A DNA stretch of 64,000 nt from Candidatus Edwardsbacteria bacterium (GCA_018821925.1 JAHJLF010000043.1:1599-65598), one strand, 5' to 3'; positions 25,964-34,760 are shown, numbered from the stretch's first letter. Numbers and translations: made by a program. Notes: generated by a model not told the origin, from the sequence alone.

Positions 25964-28774
25964 ATGACCAAACAGGAAGCCAAACAACAGATACAAAAGC
26001 TGGTTGAAAAGTACCAGCGGATAGCGGAAGCGGGGAAGGTGAAAACCTACAACGAGGCCCAAACCCGCAACGAATTTATTGAACCGCTGTTTAGCTTCTT
26101 GGGCTGGGACATGCGGAACCTGTCAACCGATAATGAGGTGACCACCGAGGAAAATGTCTCCGGCGGCAGGGTTGATTTGGCTTTCCGTTTCAATAATATT
26201 CCGGTGATGTTTCTGGAAGCCAAGGCCATGAAGGTTGACCTGGACGAGTGGAAATGGGCCGAGCAGGCCATAAACTACAGTTGGAATAAAAGCGTTACTT
26301 GGGCGGTGCTGACCGATTTTGAAAGCATCAAGGTATTCAACGCCGAAATACCGCCTAAAAGCATTTCGCAAAACCTGTTCATTGAATTAAAGTGCGCTGA
26401 TTTTGTCGCCCGGTTTGACCAGTTGTGGCTGCTGTCCAAGGAAAGCTTTGAAACCAAACTGTTGGACAAGGAAGCGGTAAAGTGGGGCAAGCTTACCCAG
26501 CGCAAACAGGTGGGGGTAAAGCTTTTCGAGGACCTGATGTCCTGGCGCATCCTGCTGACCAAGGAGTTCAAAAAGCAGAACGACCTTAGTCAGGAGGAAT
26601 TGGACGAGGGCGTTCAGAGGGTGCTTGACAGGCTTATCTTCATCCGCACCGCCGAGGATCGGGAAATAGAGCAAAACGTTCTGATGGGCATTTTGCGAAG
26701 CGGGAAAGCCGGGCTTTACCGCCAGTTGGCAAAAGAGTTCCGGGATTTTGACGATGGCTTTAATTCCAAGCTGTTCGCACCGCACTACTGCGAAGAATGG
26801 AAAGCAGATGATAAGGTCATCGCCGAGGTCATAAGCGGCATCTACGAAACAAGAGACGGCTACCGATACGATTTTTCGGCCATCTCCTCCGATGTGCTGG
26901 GCGGAATTTACGAGCAGTATCTGGGTTATGTCCAGGGACGGAAAAGCGAAGAGAAGCAGAAATCCCAAAGAAAAGCCCAGGGCATATATTATACGCCGAA
27001 GTATATCGTTGATTACATTGTAAAAGAGGCGCTGGGCGAGGCGCTGAAAAACGCCAAACCCAAGGACATTTCCAAAATAAAGGTGCTGGACCCGGCCTGC
27101 GGCTCCGGCTCGTTCTTGACTGCGGCTTATGATGAGATTCTGGGGAAGGTGGCGAACCCCAATTTGTTTACCAAATTTGATATTTTGAAAGACAATATCT
27201 ACGGGGTTGACTTGGACGCCCAGGCGGTGGAGATAGCCCAACTGAATCTGTTGCTAAAGGTTTTAACCCAGAAGACCAAACTGCCATCGTTACAGCATAA
27301 TTTAAGTTCTGGCAATTCGCTGATTTCCGAAGGCGACCCAAAATACAAGCCGTTCAATTTTGAAACCGAATTCAAAGAAGTATCTGCACATGGTGGTTTT
27401 GATGTAATCATCGGTAACCCGCCATATATTAAGGAATATACAAACCGATCAGCTTTTGACGCCGTGCATGACAATCCTTATTACCAAGGTAAAATGGATA
27501 TTTGGACACTCTTTGCCTGTCGCGCTATAGATTTGCTAAAAGACGGCGGCTATTTCAGCTTCATTGCACCTAATAATTGGCTCACTAACGCCGGTGCGCG
27601 TATTTTTAGAAACAAGATTTTAACAGAAGGGCAGATTACAAAATTCATAGATTTTGGCGATTTTAAGGTTTTCAAAGATGCCGGTATACAAACGATGATT
27701 TTTGTGTTTCAGAAAGGGAAGCCAAAGAAAAGGTATCAGACATGTTATGCAAAAATTGTAGACAAAAATATTGGAGAAGGCGCAGTTAATTTATTGTTGC
27801 AGTCAAACCTTAAAGCAGGCAATAGTGGAATTACAAAATTTAACGCGACGATTAACCCAAGGCAACTTATAGATAAAAATATCGTATTTTCTAACCAGAC
27901 AAATGACGAAATATTGAATAAAATTGAAGCCAAGAAAAACTTTGAGCTTACTGAGAAAGAAGTGGCGCAGGGCATTGTTTATCCGCAAGATTTTTTAAAT
28001 AAAGCTAATCAAATCAAGTTGGGGGCTAATTTTATTGTCGGTGAAGGGATTTTTGGGTTAACAAACAAAGAAAAAGAAAATCTACATCTGACAAAAGAAG
28101 AGAAAAGTTTAATCAGACCGTATTTCACTACTGAACAGTTAGGCAGATATTATTCTAACCCCCAAAATACTCTTTGGCTTATTTATACGGATTCAAAGTT
28201 CAAAAACCCCCATGAAATGAAGCCATATCCAAACATAAAGGCTCACCTGGATAAGTTCAAAGGTGTAATTACATCAGACAACAAACCTTATGGCCTGCAC
28301 AGATCCCGAGACGAGAAATTTTTTGTGGGGGTGAAAATCATAGTGCAAAGGAAATGCACCAACAGACCAATTTTTACTTATACTGATTTTGATTGTTATG
28401 TTTCGGCCACTTTTTATGTCATAAAAACTATAAGATTAAACCAAATATATTTAACAGGCTTACTTAATTCAAGCTTGATGAAATACTGGCTTAAAAATAA
28501 AGGCAAAATGCAGGGAAGCAATTATCAAATTGATAAAGAGCCATTGTTGAATTTGCCGTTAATAAAACCCGACGAAAAGGCCCAAGAAAAAATCGCCTTA
28601 AGTGTTGATAAGATAATGAAACTGTATCAAGATTATCGTAAAACTTCGGCGAATACTGATAAATGGCATGCACTCAAAAATGATATAGAAAAACTTGATC
28701 ACGAAATTGACCATGCGGTTTATAAACTTTATGGCTTAACCGATGAAGAAATTAAAGCAATTGAAGGACAATAA
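25964..28774 (+). CDS. Type IIG restriction-modification enzyme (MmeI-like fused endonuclease-methyltransferase-TRD)
   Basis: 936 aa. N-terminal PD-(D/E)xK-like nuclease ('NEAQTRNEFIEPLF..LGWD', 'GGRVDLAF...FLEAKA'), gamma-class MTase motifs I 'LDPACGSGSFL' and IV 'IIGNPPY'. Long AT-rich C-terminal region consistent with a target-recognition domain. Confidence 0.75.
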   Translation: MTKQEAKQQIQKLVEKYQRIAEAGKVKTYNEAQTRNEFIEPLFSFLGWDMRNLSTDNEVTTEENVSGGRVDLAFRFNNIPVMFLEAKAMKVDLDEWKWAEQAINYSWNKSVTWAVLTDFESIKVFNAEIPPKSISQNLFIELKCADFVARFDQLWLLSKESFETKLLDKEAVKWGKLTQRKQVGVKLFEDLMSWRILLTKEFKKQNDLSQEELDEGVQRVLDRLIFIRTAEDREIEQNVLMGILRSGKAGLYRQLAKEFRDFDDGFNSKLFAPHYCEEWKADDKVIAEVISGIYETRDGYRYDFSAISSDVLGGIYEQYLGYVQGRKSEEKQKSQRKAQGIYYTPKYIVDYIVKEALGEALKNAKPKDISKIKVLDPACGSGSFLTAAYDEILGKVANPNLFTKFDILKDNIYGVDLDAQAVEIAQLNLLLKVLTQKTKLPSLQHNLSSGNSLISEGDPKYKPFNFETEFKEVSAHGGFDVIIGNPPYIKEYTNRSAFDAVHDNPYYQGKMDIWTLFACRAIDLLKDGGYFSFIAPNNWLTNAGARIFRNKILTEGQITKFIDFGDFKVFKDAGIQTMIFVFQKGKPKKRYQTCYAKIVDKNIGEGAVNLLLQSNLKAGNSGITKFNATINPRQLIDKNIVFSNQTNDEILNKIEAKKNFELTEKEVAQGIVYPQDFLNKANQIKLGANFIVGEGIFGLTNKEKENLHLTKEEKSLIRPYFTTEQLGRYYSNPQNTLWLIYTDSKFKNPHEMKPYPNIKAHLDKFKGVITSDNKPYGLHRSRDEKFFVGVKIIVQRKCTNRPIFTYTDFDCYVSATFYVIKTIRLNQIYLTGLLNSSLMKYWLKNKGKMQGSNYQIDKEPLLNLPLIKPDEKAQEKIALSVDKIMKLYQDYRKTSANTDKWHALKNDIEKLDHEIDHAVYKLYGLTDEEIKAIEGQ

Positions 28775-28778
28775 AACC

Positions 28779-28805
28779 AAGGTGCGGGTTATACGCACCT
28801 TTCAG
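28779..28805 (+). terminator. Weak stem-loop (possible terminator) after the type IIG gene
   Basis: AAGGTGCG-GGTTATA-CGCACCTT hairpin, but only 2-3 trailing T. Confidence 0.3.
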
Positions 28806-28873
28806 CCAAAACTAAAATATACGCAATTTGTAAATTCAATAGTTAGCCGCAACGCCACGACTAATGTGACCAT

Positions 28874-29869
28874 ATGATGACGAATGATCCAATAGGTTCT
28901 GTTGAGTATGCCAGCAGTCTTCTGAGGCCCATTCGGCTCTCTTTTGATATTCTTTTTGATGACGACACGATTCATTATTGTCTATTTGATCTTCCTATGG
29001 CTGAACAACCTTGGTATGGTTATCATCAGTCCAAGTTATACGGTTCCGGGATGCTTCCCCTTTCAGATGTCGCAGGCAAAGAGAACGCCACACCAGAGGC
29101 TGTGGCTGAGGCGCTATGCCGAGAAATCGGAATCACCAAGTCTTTCACAATTGGCAATGTTCGAAGAAACTACGTCGATCTTCACATACCAGAATTTGTT
29201 AGACGTAGTCTCATCCGTCCAAATCATCCCGTCGAATCTCCATCCGCTCAACGTGCAAGAGCGTACATCCTGTTCGCAGACCTCCGTGGATTTTCTACGT
29301 GGTCGCTTTCAGTTAATCCCGAACAGGTTACGCGGATCTTCGAGGTAATTTCTGAACGTGTCGTCCAAATGCTCATTGACTATCACTATGATTACTGGAA
29401 GTTGCTTGGCGATGGCATTATGTTGGTTTGGGAAGTAACCGATGATGAAACAACCACGGCTGATAATGCCATTGGAGCAGCTTTCGAGTTGCACAAGAAG
29501 TACTGGTACTATTGGAAAGAAGATGAGGCTCACCTGCCAGAAGGTTTCGGCATAGCAATCTGTGGTGGAGATGTCGTCAAATACGCATCAGCGACCTTTT
29601 TCGAGTCAGTAGTAATCACGGACTATCTCGGACCCGTTGTGAACCTTGCCGCGAGGCTTCAATCTATAGCGAAAGCTGGTCAAGTTCTGGTCAACAAACA
29701 AGTGAGCAAGAAATCAAGGTTTAACGGGTACTCTTTTGAAAACGTATCTGACCGTCTGAAAAATGAACTTGATAACTTAAAGGGGATTCCAGATTCGGAA
29801 CGAGTCATTTTTCAAGTTATTCATAAGTACTTTGGCCCAGATTGGCTGAACTTCTGCCATACACGATAA
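28874..29869 (+). CDS. Stand-alone class III nucleotidyl (adenylyl/guanylyl-type) cyclase-domain protein with unrecognised ~135 aa N-terminal domain
   Basis: 331 aa. C-terminal ~190 aa carry cyclase motifs: metal-binding Asp blocks 'ILFADLRGFSTWS' and 'KLLGDGIMLVWEV', 'GIAICGGDVV', and the transition-state Asn/Arg motif 'VNLAARLQ'. Confidence 0.6.
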   Translation: MMTNDPIGSVEYASSLLRPIRLSFDILFDDDTIHYCLFDLPMAEQPWYGYHQSKLYGSGMLPLSDVAGKENATPEAVAEALCREIGITKSFTIGNVRRNYVDLHIPEFVRRSLIRPNHPVESPSAQRARAYILFADLRGFSTWSLSVNPEQVTRIFEVISERVVQMLIDYHYDYWKLLGDGIMLVWEVTDDETTTADNAIGAAFELHKKYWYYWKEDEAHLPEGFGIAICGGDVVKYASATFFESVVITDYLGPVVNLAARLQSIAKAGQVLVNKQVSKKSRFNGYSFENVSDRLKNELDNLKGIPDSERVIFQVIHKYFGPDWLNFCHTR

Positions 29870-30071
29870 CGTGGCGCTGCGGCCAACACACCGCACCACG
29901 ACGCACCCCCATTTGAAATGGATTAAAGTGGACGCCCAATGGTTTTTGGTGCGGTTTGATAAGCGCAGTGTGTCGGAGCTATTTTTTGTAGCACCAAAAC
30001 CCACTGCGTGGTGTGGTGAGACGTTGGGCAAGGCTAAAATAAACCAACACTTAACAAAAGGAGTTAATAAA

Positions 30072-30725
30072 ATGAAAAAGTGCTTCTTAGCCACAATCAT
30101 TTTTCTTTTGCCTTTAGTGCTTCACGCCGATACATTATTTCTATCAAATGGGAAGTCTTACGAGGGTACGGTAACTAAATGGGATGCAGGTAAAATTAGT
30201 TTTGTTATGAAAGACGCGCCGCTATCTTCAGCCTGGGAAGTGCCATCTGAAAGGATCGATAAAATTGTTATTGATGACGGTGCCACGTATTTGCCTTTTA
30301 ATAAGTATTGGTTGAACCAAAACGACACAATTTATGCCGCCAAACTTAAAGAAGTATTATCGAGACCATCTGACAATATTACTGCGGAAGATTTAAAATT
30401 GCTCGCGTTATTGAAATGCTATCGCGGTGCGGAGGTGGTAAATATTTCTTCTGCTCAAACTACTCACCCCGCCGAAATAAAGACGATAACCTCTATTCCG
30501 TCTTCAATAAAAAAAGACAAAGCGCCTTATGTGTTTGTAAGCGCCGTTTCTTTAATCCTTGCTTATGATTTCTTTTCGGATGCGGGCGATCTTAGAGATG
30601 GAGCTAATTCTTTGCCGGATGGGGAAGATAAAGATAGATTAACCTCGGAAGCGACTGGCCATACTGTGCGTGGGGTTCTTACGCTTGCTATAGGTATCTT
30701 ATCTTTTATTGTTGCCCAACAGTAG
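30072..30725 (+). CDS. Hypothetical secreted protein with C-terminal membrane segments
   Basis: 217 aa from ATG 30072 preceded by AAGGAG. N-terminal signal peptide 'MKKCFLATIIFLLPLVLHA'. Hydrophobic C-terminus ('YVFVSAVSLILAYDFF...VLTLAIGILSFIVA'). The track ORF starts at 29871 but lacks an RBS. Confidence 0.4.
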   Translation: MKKCFLATIIFLLPLVLHADTLFLSNGKSYEGTVTKWDAGKISFVMKDAPLSSAWEVPSERIDKIVIDDGATYLPFNKYWLNQNDTIYAAKLKEVLSRPSDNITAEDLKLLALLKCYRGAEVVNISSAQTTHPAEIKTITSIPSSIKKDKAPYVFVSAVSLILAYDFFSDAGDLRDGANSLPDGEDKDRLTSEATGHTVRGVLTLAIGILSFIVAQQ

Positions 30726-30744
30726 TATAATTGCAAACGCGGCC

Positions 30745-30945
30745 CCACTAAACAAAACAAAATCATTTAACTTCAGGAAATATATCGTGTCTTCTCACGA
30801 TAAATTGATGATCAGCGTGGCCGGGATCCGGGGCGTGGTCGGAACCAGCCTGACCCCCGAGCTGGCCCTGAAATTCGCCGCGGCCTTCGGCACCTTCGTC
30901 GGAGGCGGCCCGGTGGCGCTGGCGCGCGATTCCCGCACCGCAAAC
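30745..30945 (+). repeat. Upstream copy of a ~200 bp direct repeat (glmM promoter-proximal region plus first ~50 codons)
   Basis: Near-identical to 32850-33056 from 'AAATCAT..ATCATTTAACTT' through 'GGCACCTTCGTCGG'. Similarity decays after ~30945. Confidence 0.6.
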
Positions 30946-30993
30946 CCGCCGCCCGTTAGGCGCAATTGCACCCGGACGAATGTAAATGAATAA
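30787..30993 (+). pseudogene. Truncated duplicate of the 5' end of glmM (phosphoglucosamine mutase)
   Basis: ~160 nt nearly identical to 32898-33056 (encoding 'SSHDKLMISVAGIRGVVGTSLTPELALKFAAAFGTFVG') plus ~45 nt of matching upstream sequence. Frame diverges and stops after ~67 codons. Confidence 0.5.
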
Positions 30994-32707
30994 AAATACC
31001 CTCACAAAATACCCACGCATAGTCAACCTTCTCATGGGAACAGCATTTATTTTTTTAGTGGCAACTATCGCCCATTTTCTTTTTTCACATCTTGGTTTCA
31101 ATCCCACCGACGACGGTTTCATTTTAGCGGGAAGCAGGCGAATATTAGACGGTCAAATCCCTCATCGTGACTTTATATCAATTCGTCCTGCGGGTTCCCA
31201 TTTTCTTCACATACCATTTGTTCTCTTTGGGGGCGATTATGTCTTTCTGGTCTCTCGATATTTTGTATGGATTCAATTTGCTTCTATCGCGTGGATATGG
31301 ACTGTTGTTACAGCCCGGGCCTTTAAAATTTTCTCCAATTGGGTGGAGAAGTTCGCTATTGCGCTGGTTGTGTTCTCTTTCTCGGCCCATTATTCCCCTA
31401 TCATGGCATGGCACACTATTGATGCTTTATTTCTGACTTCGGTAGGCATAATATTATGTCATAAGCAATCCTGGTTGGCGAAACTGTTTGGTTACATATT
31501 TATAGGTATGGCACCGTTGTGTAGACTGAACTTTTTACCAATGATTCCCGTGGTGATCTTGCTCTTAAACGACCGGCGACAAAAGCGTTTTTGGCTTACA
31601 GGAAGCATTCCACTGGCAGTTTACGCGGTTTATTTGGTAATCAATGGAGCGGCATCGGATGCGATTCTGCAATTAAGCGCCTATACAAATGTATTATCTG
31701 TGGGTGTAATGAGCTATGTGAAAACCTGGACTGTACCGTGGGGAATATTGACCGGCGCCTTGGCAGCAAGTATGGCATACAATGCTCTCGATTTTAAGCG
31801 CCTATCAAATACCGCCACTTGGCTAAGACTGCTTGGGCGTTTGATATTGTTTGGAATCCCTTTGGCAGCAGCTTGGTCTTTAGCCGGCGGAAGATATCTT
31901 TGGGGAGCATCTTTTGGTATTTTCGGCGCTGTTGTTGGAGCAACAATATATTTTATCGCTAAAGAGCAGAAACTATCACGGCATATAAGATGTGGATTGC
32001 TAATTATTTGCCTTGCTTGGTGCACATCCATCTCCTTAGGATATCCCACCCCTGCTTTGGCCACAGGTCCCTTGATTCTATTTCTAATAGCATGCGGGCA
32101 GTCCTCTTATCGGGTACCAAGTGGAGACAAAGTTTCCGGCAAATCTAAATGTTCGCTCATTTATCGGTTTCTTCACCCCGAAGGTTTGCGAAAGCTCGTC
32201 AATGTTCAAGTAATTTTATTAGCAATAATAAGCCTGGCGGCGTTTGGGATAGCGAGAGAAAATTATATCTACAGAGAACAGTCGGCATCCAACCTAAACC
32301 AAAATCTGGATGGCGTGCTCCCGGGAGCGAGGCTGATCAAAACGAACGGCAACACTTATAACTTTCTTATAGACTTGAAAGATGCCAAGGATATAGCGAA
32401 GAGCGAAGGGAAAAATTATTGTATCATCCCGGATGTGGCTGCTAATTGGGTAAGAAGTTCACAATGTAATCCATTATCTATTGACTGGCCACAAAGTACG
32501 GAATTGGGGAAGCAAGAATTGACAGACCGCGTCATAAGGGACATGGAAGCATATCGGGGAAGAACCATTATCATTGTACAAAAGTATGAAGCTTATTCAT
32601 TGGCTTCAGGTTTTATTCCGCTATCCGATTCATATATAGTTGTTCACTTCGTACGGTCAAATTTTAGTAAGACAGGGGAAACCAAGTTTTTTGAATTGTA
32701 TGAATAG
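30986..32707 (+). CDS. Polytopic membrane protein, GT-C-fold glycosyltransferase-like
   Basis: 573 aa, ~10 predicted TM helices. Acidic first-loop motif 'NPTDDGFILAGSRRILDGQ'. C-terminal ~190 aa soluble domain. Lower GC than flanks. Assignment by architecture only. Confidence 0.4.
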   Translation: MNKNTLTKYPRIVNLLMGTAFIFLVATIAHFLFSHLGFNPTDDGFILAGSRRILDGQIPHRDFISIRPAGSHFLHIPFVLFGGDYVFLVSRYFVWIQFASIAWIWTVVTARAFKIFSNWVEKFAIALVVFSFSAHYSPIMAWHTIDALFLTSVGIILCHKQSWLAKLFGYIFIGMAPLCRLNFLPMIPVVILLLNDRRQKRFWLTGSIPLAVYAVYLVINGAASDAILQLSAYTNVLSVGVMSYVKTWTVPWGILTGALAASMAYNALDFKRLSNTATWLRLLGRLILFGIPLAAAWSLAGGRYLWGASFGIFGAVVGATIYFIAKEQKLSRHIRCGLLIICLAWCTSISLGYPTPALATGPLILFLIACGQSSYRVPSGDKVSGKSKCSLIYRFLHPEGLRKLVNVQVILLAIISLAAFGIARENYIYREQSASNLNQNLDGVLPGARLIKTNGNTYNFLIDLKDAKDIAKSEGKNYCIIPDVAANWVRSSQCNPLSIDWPQSTELGKQELTDRVIRDMEAYRGRTIIIVQKYEAYSLASGFIPLSDSYIVVHFVRSNFSKTGETKFFELYE

Positions 32708-32897
32708 ATTCATACCTATGCTTTATTTAGAGTCTGTAACTTCATATAACGCGGACTATAAGGCTGCGCTACTTCTCGCCTTCGCCCAAATCCCTCGCTC
32801 CGTTCGGGACTACGTATGTCCGCAAACGTTAGTTGCCTTTAAAAACACAACTACACAAACAAAGAAATCATAATCATTTAACTTAAGGTAATATATT

Positions 32898-34253
32898 TTG
32901 TCTTCTCACGATAAATTGATGATCAGCGTGGCCGGGATCCGGGGGGTGGTGGGAACCAGCCTGACCCCCGAGCTGGCCCTGAAATTCGCCGCGGCCTTCG
33001 GCACCTTCGTCGGTGCCGGACCAGTGGTGCTGGGGCGCGACTCCCGCCTGTCCGGCCCGGTGATGGAAATGACGGTGGAGGCCGGTCTGCGCTCGGTGGG
33101 ATGCGAGGTCATCAAGATCGGCATCGTTCCCACCCCCACCGTCCAGCTGATGACCAGACTTTTAAAAGCCAGGGGGGGCATCGCCATCACCGCCAGCCAT
33201 AACCCCTCCCAGTGGAACGCCCTGAAATTCGTCTCCGGCCAGGGGTTGTTTTTAGATAAAGGCCAGGGCGAAAAGGTCATTGCCATTTTCCATTCCGGCA
33301 AATTTGCCTATAAAAAATATGACCGGCTGGGGGGGGGCGGAGAATATCCCAACGCCATCAGTGATCATGTGGCCAGAATACTTAAATTGTCATTTCTGGA
33401 TATTCCGGCCATCAGAAGAAAAAAGTTCAAGGTAGTAGTGGACACCTGCCACGGGGCCGGCGGGCCGATATTCAGCCGGCTGCTTAAAGAATTGGGCTGC
33501 CGGGTCATCTCCTTGCACAACGAAACAAATGGAAAGTTCTCGCGGCCCATCGAGCCGCAGGCCAAGAATCTGGGCGAACTGGAGAAGGCTGTCATCGCTC
33601 ACCGGGCCGATATCGGCTTTGCCACCGACGCCGATGTGGACCGGCTGTCCCTGGTCTCCGATAAGGGCAAAGCGATAGGCGAGGAATATTCCCTGGCCCT
33701 GGCCGCCCGGTTCATGTTCTTGCATTTTAAAACCAAGGCCGTCACCAATCTCTCCACCAGCCGGATGGTAGACGAGGTGGCCGGCCAATTTAAAACCAGC
33801 GTCATCCGCACCCCGGTGGGCGAGGCCAACGTGGTCGGCGCCATGAAAAAGCACCGGGCTCTTATCGGCGGCGAGGGCAACGGTGGGATAATCATCCCCG
33901 AACTCAACTACGCCCGGGATGCCGCTGCCGGGATAGCCTTGATATTGCAGATGTTGACCGAAGAGAATCTTCCATTATCACAGATCGCCGAGAAAATGCC
34001 CAGATATCACATGATCAAAACCACCTTGACGATAAAGGATCCCAAAAGGTTTCTGGTCAAGACGACTAAAATATTCTCCAACTGCAAAACAGATAAAAGG
34101 GACGGCCTTAAATATATCTGGCCTGATGCCTGGGTACATATCAGGGCTTCCGGCACCGAGCCGATTGTGCGGGTGATCGCCGAAGCGCGGGAAGAGAAGA
34201 AGGCCAGAAAACTGGTGAATGATGTAACCCGGTTAATTAAAATTGACACTTAG
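32898..34253 (+). CDS. glmM: Phosphoglucosamine mutase (alpha-D-phosphohexomutase family)
   Basis: 451 aa. 'VAGIRGVVG' N-terminus, phosphoserine loop 'ITASHNPSQWNALKF', metal-binding 'FATDADVDR'. Two genes upstream of glmS. The track start is TTG 32898; ATG 32919 (MISVAGIRG) is an alternative. Confidence 0.75.
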   Translation: MSSHDKLMISVAGIRGVVGTSLTPELALKFAAAFGTFVGAGPVVLGRDSRLSGPVMEMTVEAGLRSVGCEVIKIGIVPTPTVQLMTRLLKARGGIAITASHNPSQWNALKFVSGQGLFLDKGQGEKVIAIFHSGKFAYKKYDRLGGGGEYPNAISDHVARILKLSFLDIPAIRRKKFKVVVDTCHGAGGPIFSRLLKELGCRVISLHNETNGKFSRPIEPQAKNLGELEKAVIAHRADIGFATDADVDRLSLVSDKGKAIGEEYSLALAARFMFLHFKTKAVTNLSTSRMVDEVAGQFKTSVIRTPVGEANVVGAMKKHRALIGGEGNGGIIIPELNYARDAAAGIALILQMLTEENLPLSQIAEKMPRYHMIKTTLTIKDPKRFLVKTTKIFSNCKTDKRDGLKYIWPDAWVHIRASGTEPIVRVIAEAREEKKARKLVNDVTRLIKIDT

Positions 34254-34319
34254 GGTCTTTTGCTTCCCGGAAGTTATCTTTCTATATCAATCAGCAATTC
34301 TAAATAAGGGAGTACTTAA

Positions 34320-34760
34320 ATGAGGGTATTGAAGATCGCTGTATTTTTTATCGCAGCCTTTTTGATAGTTTCCTGTGGGCCCAAGAGCGAAAAGAAGCAA
34401 ACTCCGACCAAACAGCAGGTCGTTAAGGAAGCCCCGCTGCCCGATGGCTATCCAGCCGAGCTGGCTATTCCCGAAGGTTTTACCGCCAAAAATATCTCGG
34501 TGGGGAATGGGACTTCCTCAGGCGGCGGTCAGGGGGTAAGAACTTACGCCACCTATCGGATCGAAAAGTTGATGGCCGGGGAAAAAACCGCATTGGTGGA
34601 GCATTATAAAAAGATCCTGGCCGAAAACAACTGGAAGGGTGAAATGAAGACCCCGGAAGCGGGTTATGGATACGGCACTTTTGCCAAGGACAATATGGAG
34701 CTGGAACTGAAAATGAACGACGTGATGTTCGCTTTCAATCTTAAGGTATATAAAAATTAG
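34320..34760 (+). CDS. Hypothetical lipoprotein
   Basis: 146 aa. Signal peptide with lipobox 'LIVSCG'. Confidence 0.45.
   Translation: MRVLKIAVFFIAAFLIVSCGPKSEKKQTPTKQQVVKEAPLPDGYPAELAIPEGFTAKNISVGNGTSSGGGQGVRTYATYRIEKLMAGEKTALVEHYKKILAENNWKGEMKTPEAGYGYGTFAKDNMELELKMNDVMFAFNLKVYKN

Noticed and set aside
28874-30725. Calling the cyclase pair a canonical Pycsar system.
   Set aside because: The downstream protein has no recognisable cNMP-binding (CAP_ED), TIR or multi-TM effector architecture. Only the cyclase half resembles PycC. Reported as a candidate new variant instead.
23302-32897. Integrase, transposase or recombinase gene that would explain island mobility.
   Set aside because: None of the island ORFs shows tyrosine or serine recombinase or DDE motifs. 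The mobility mechanism is left unresolved.
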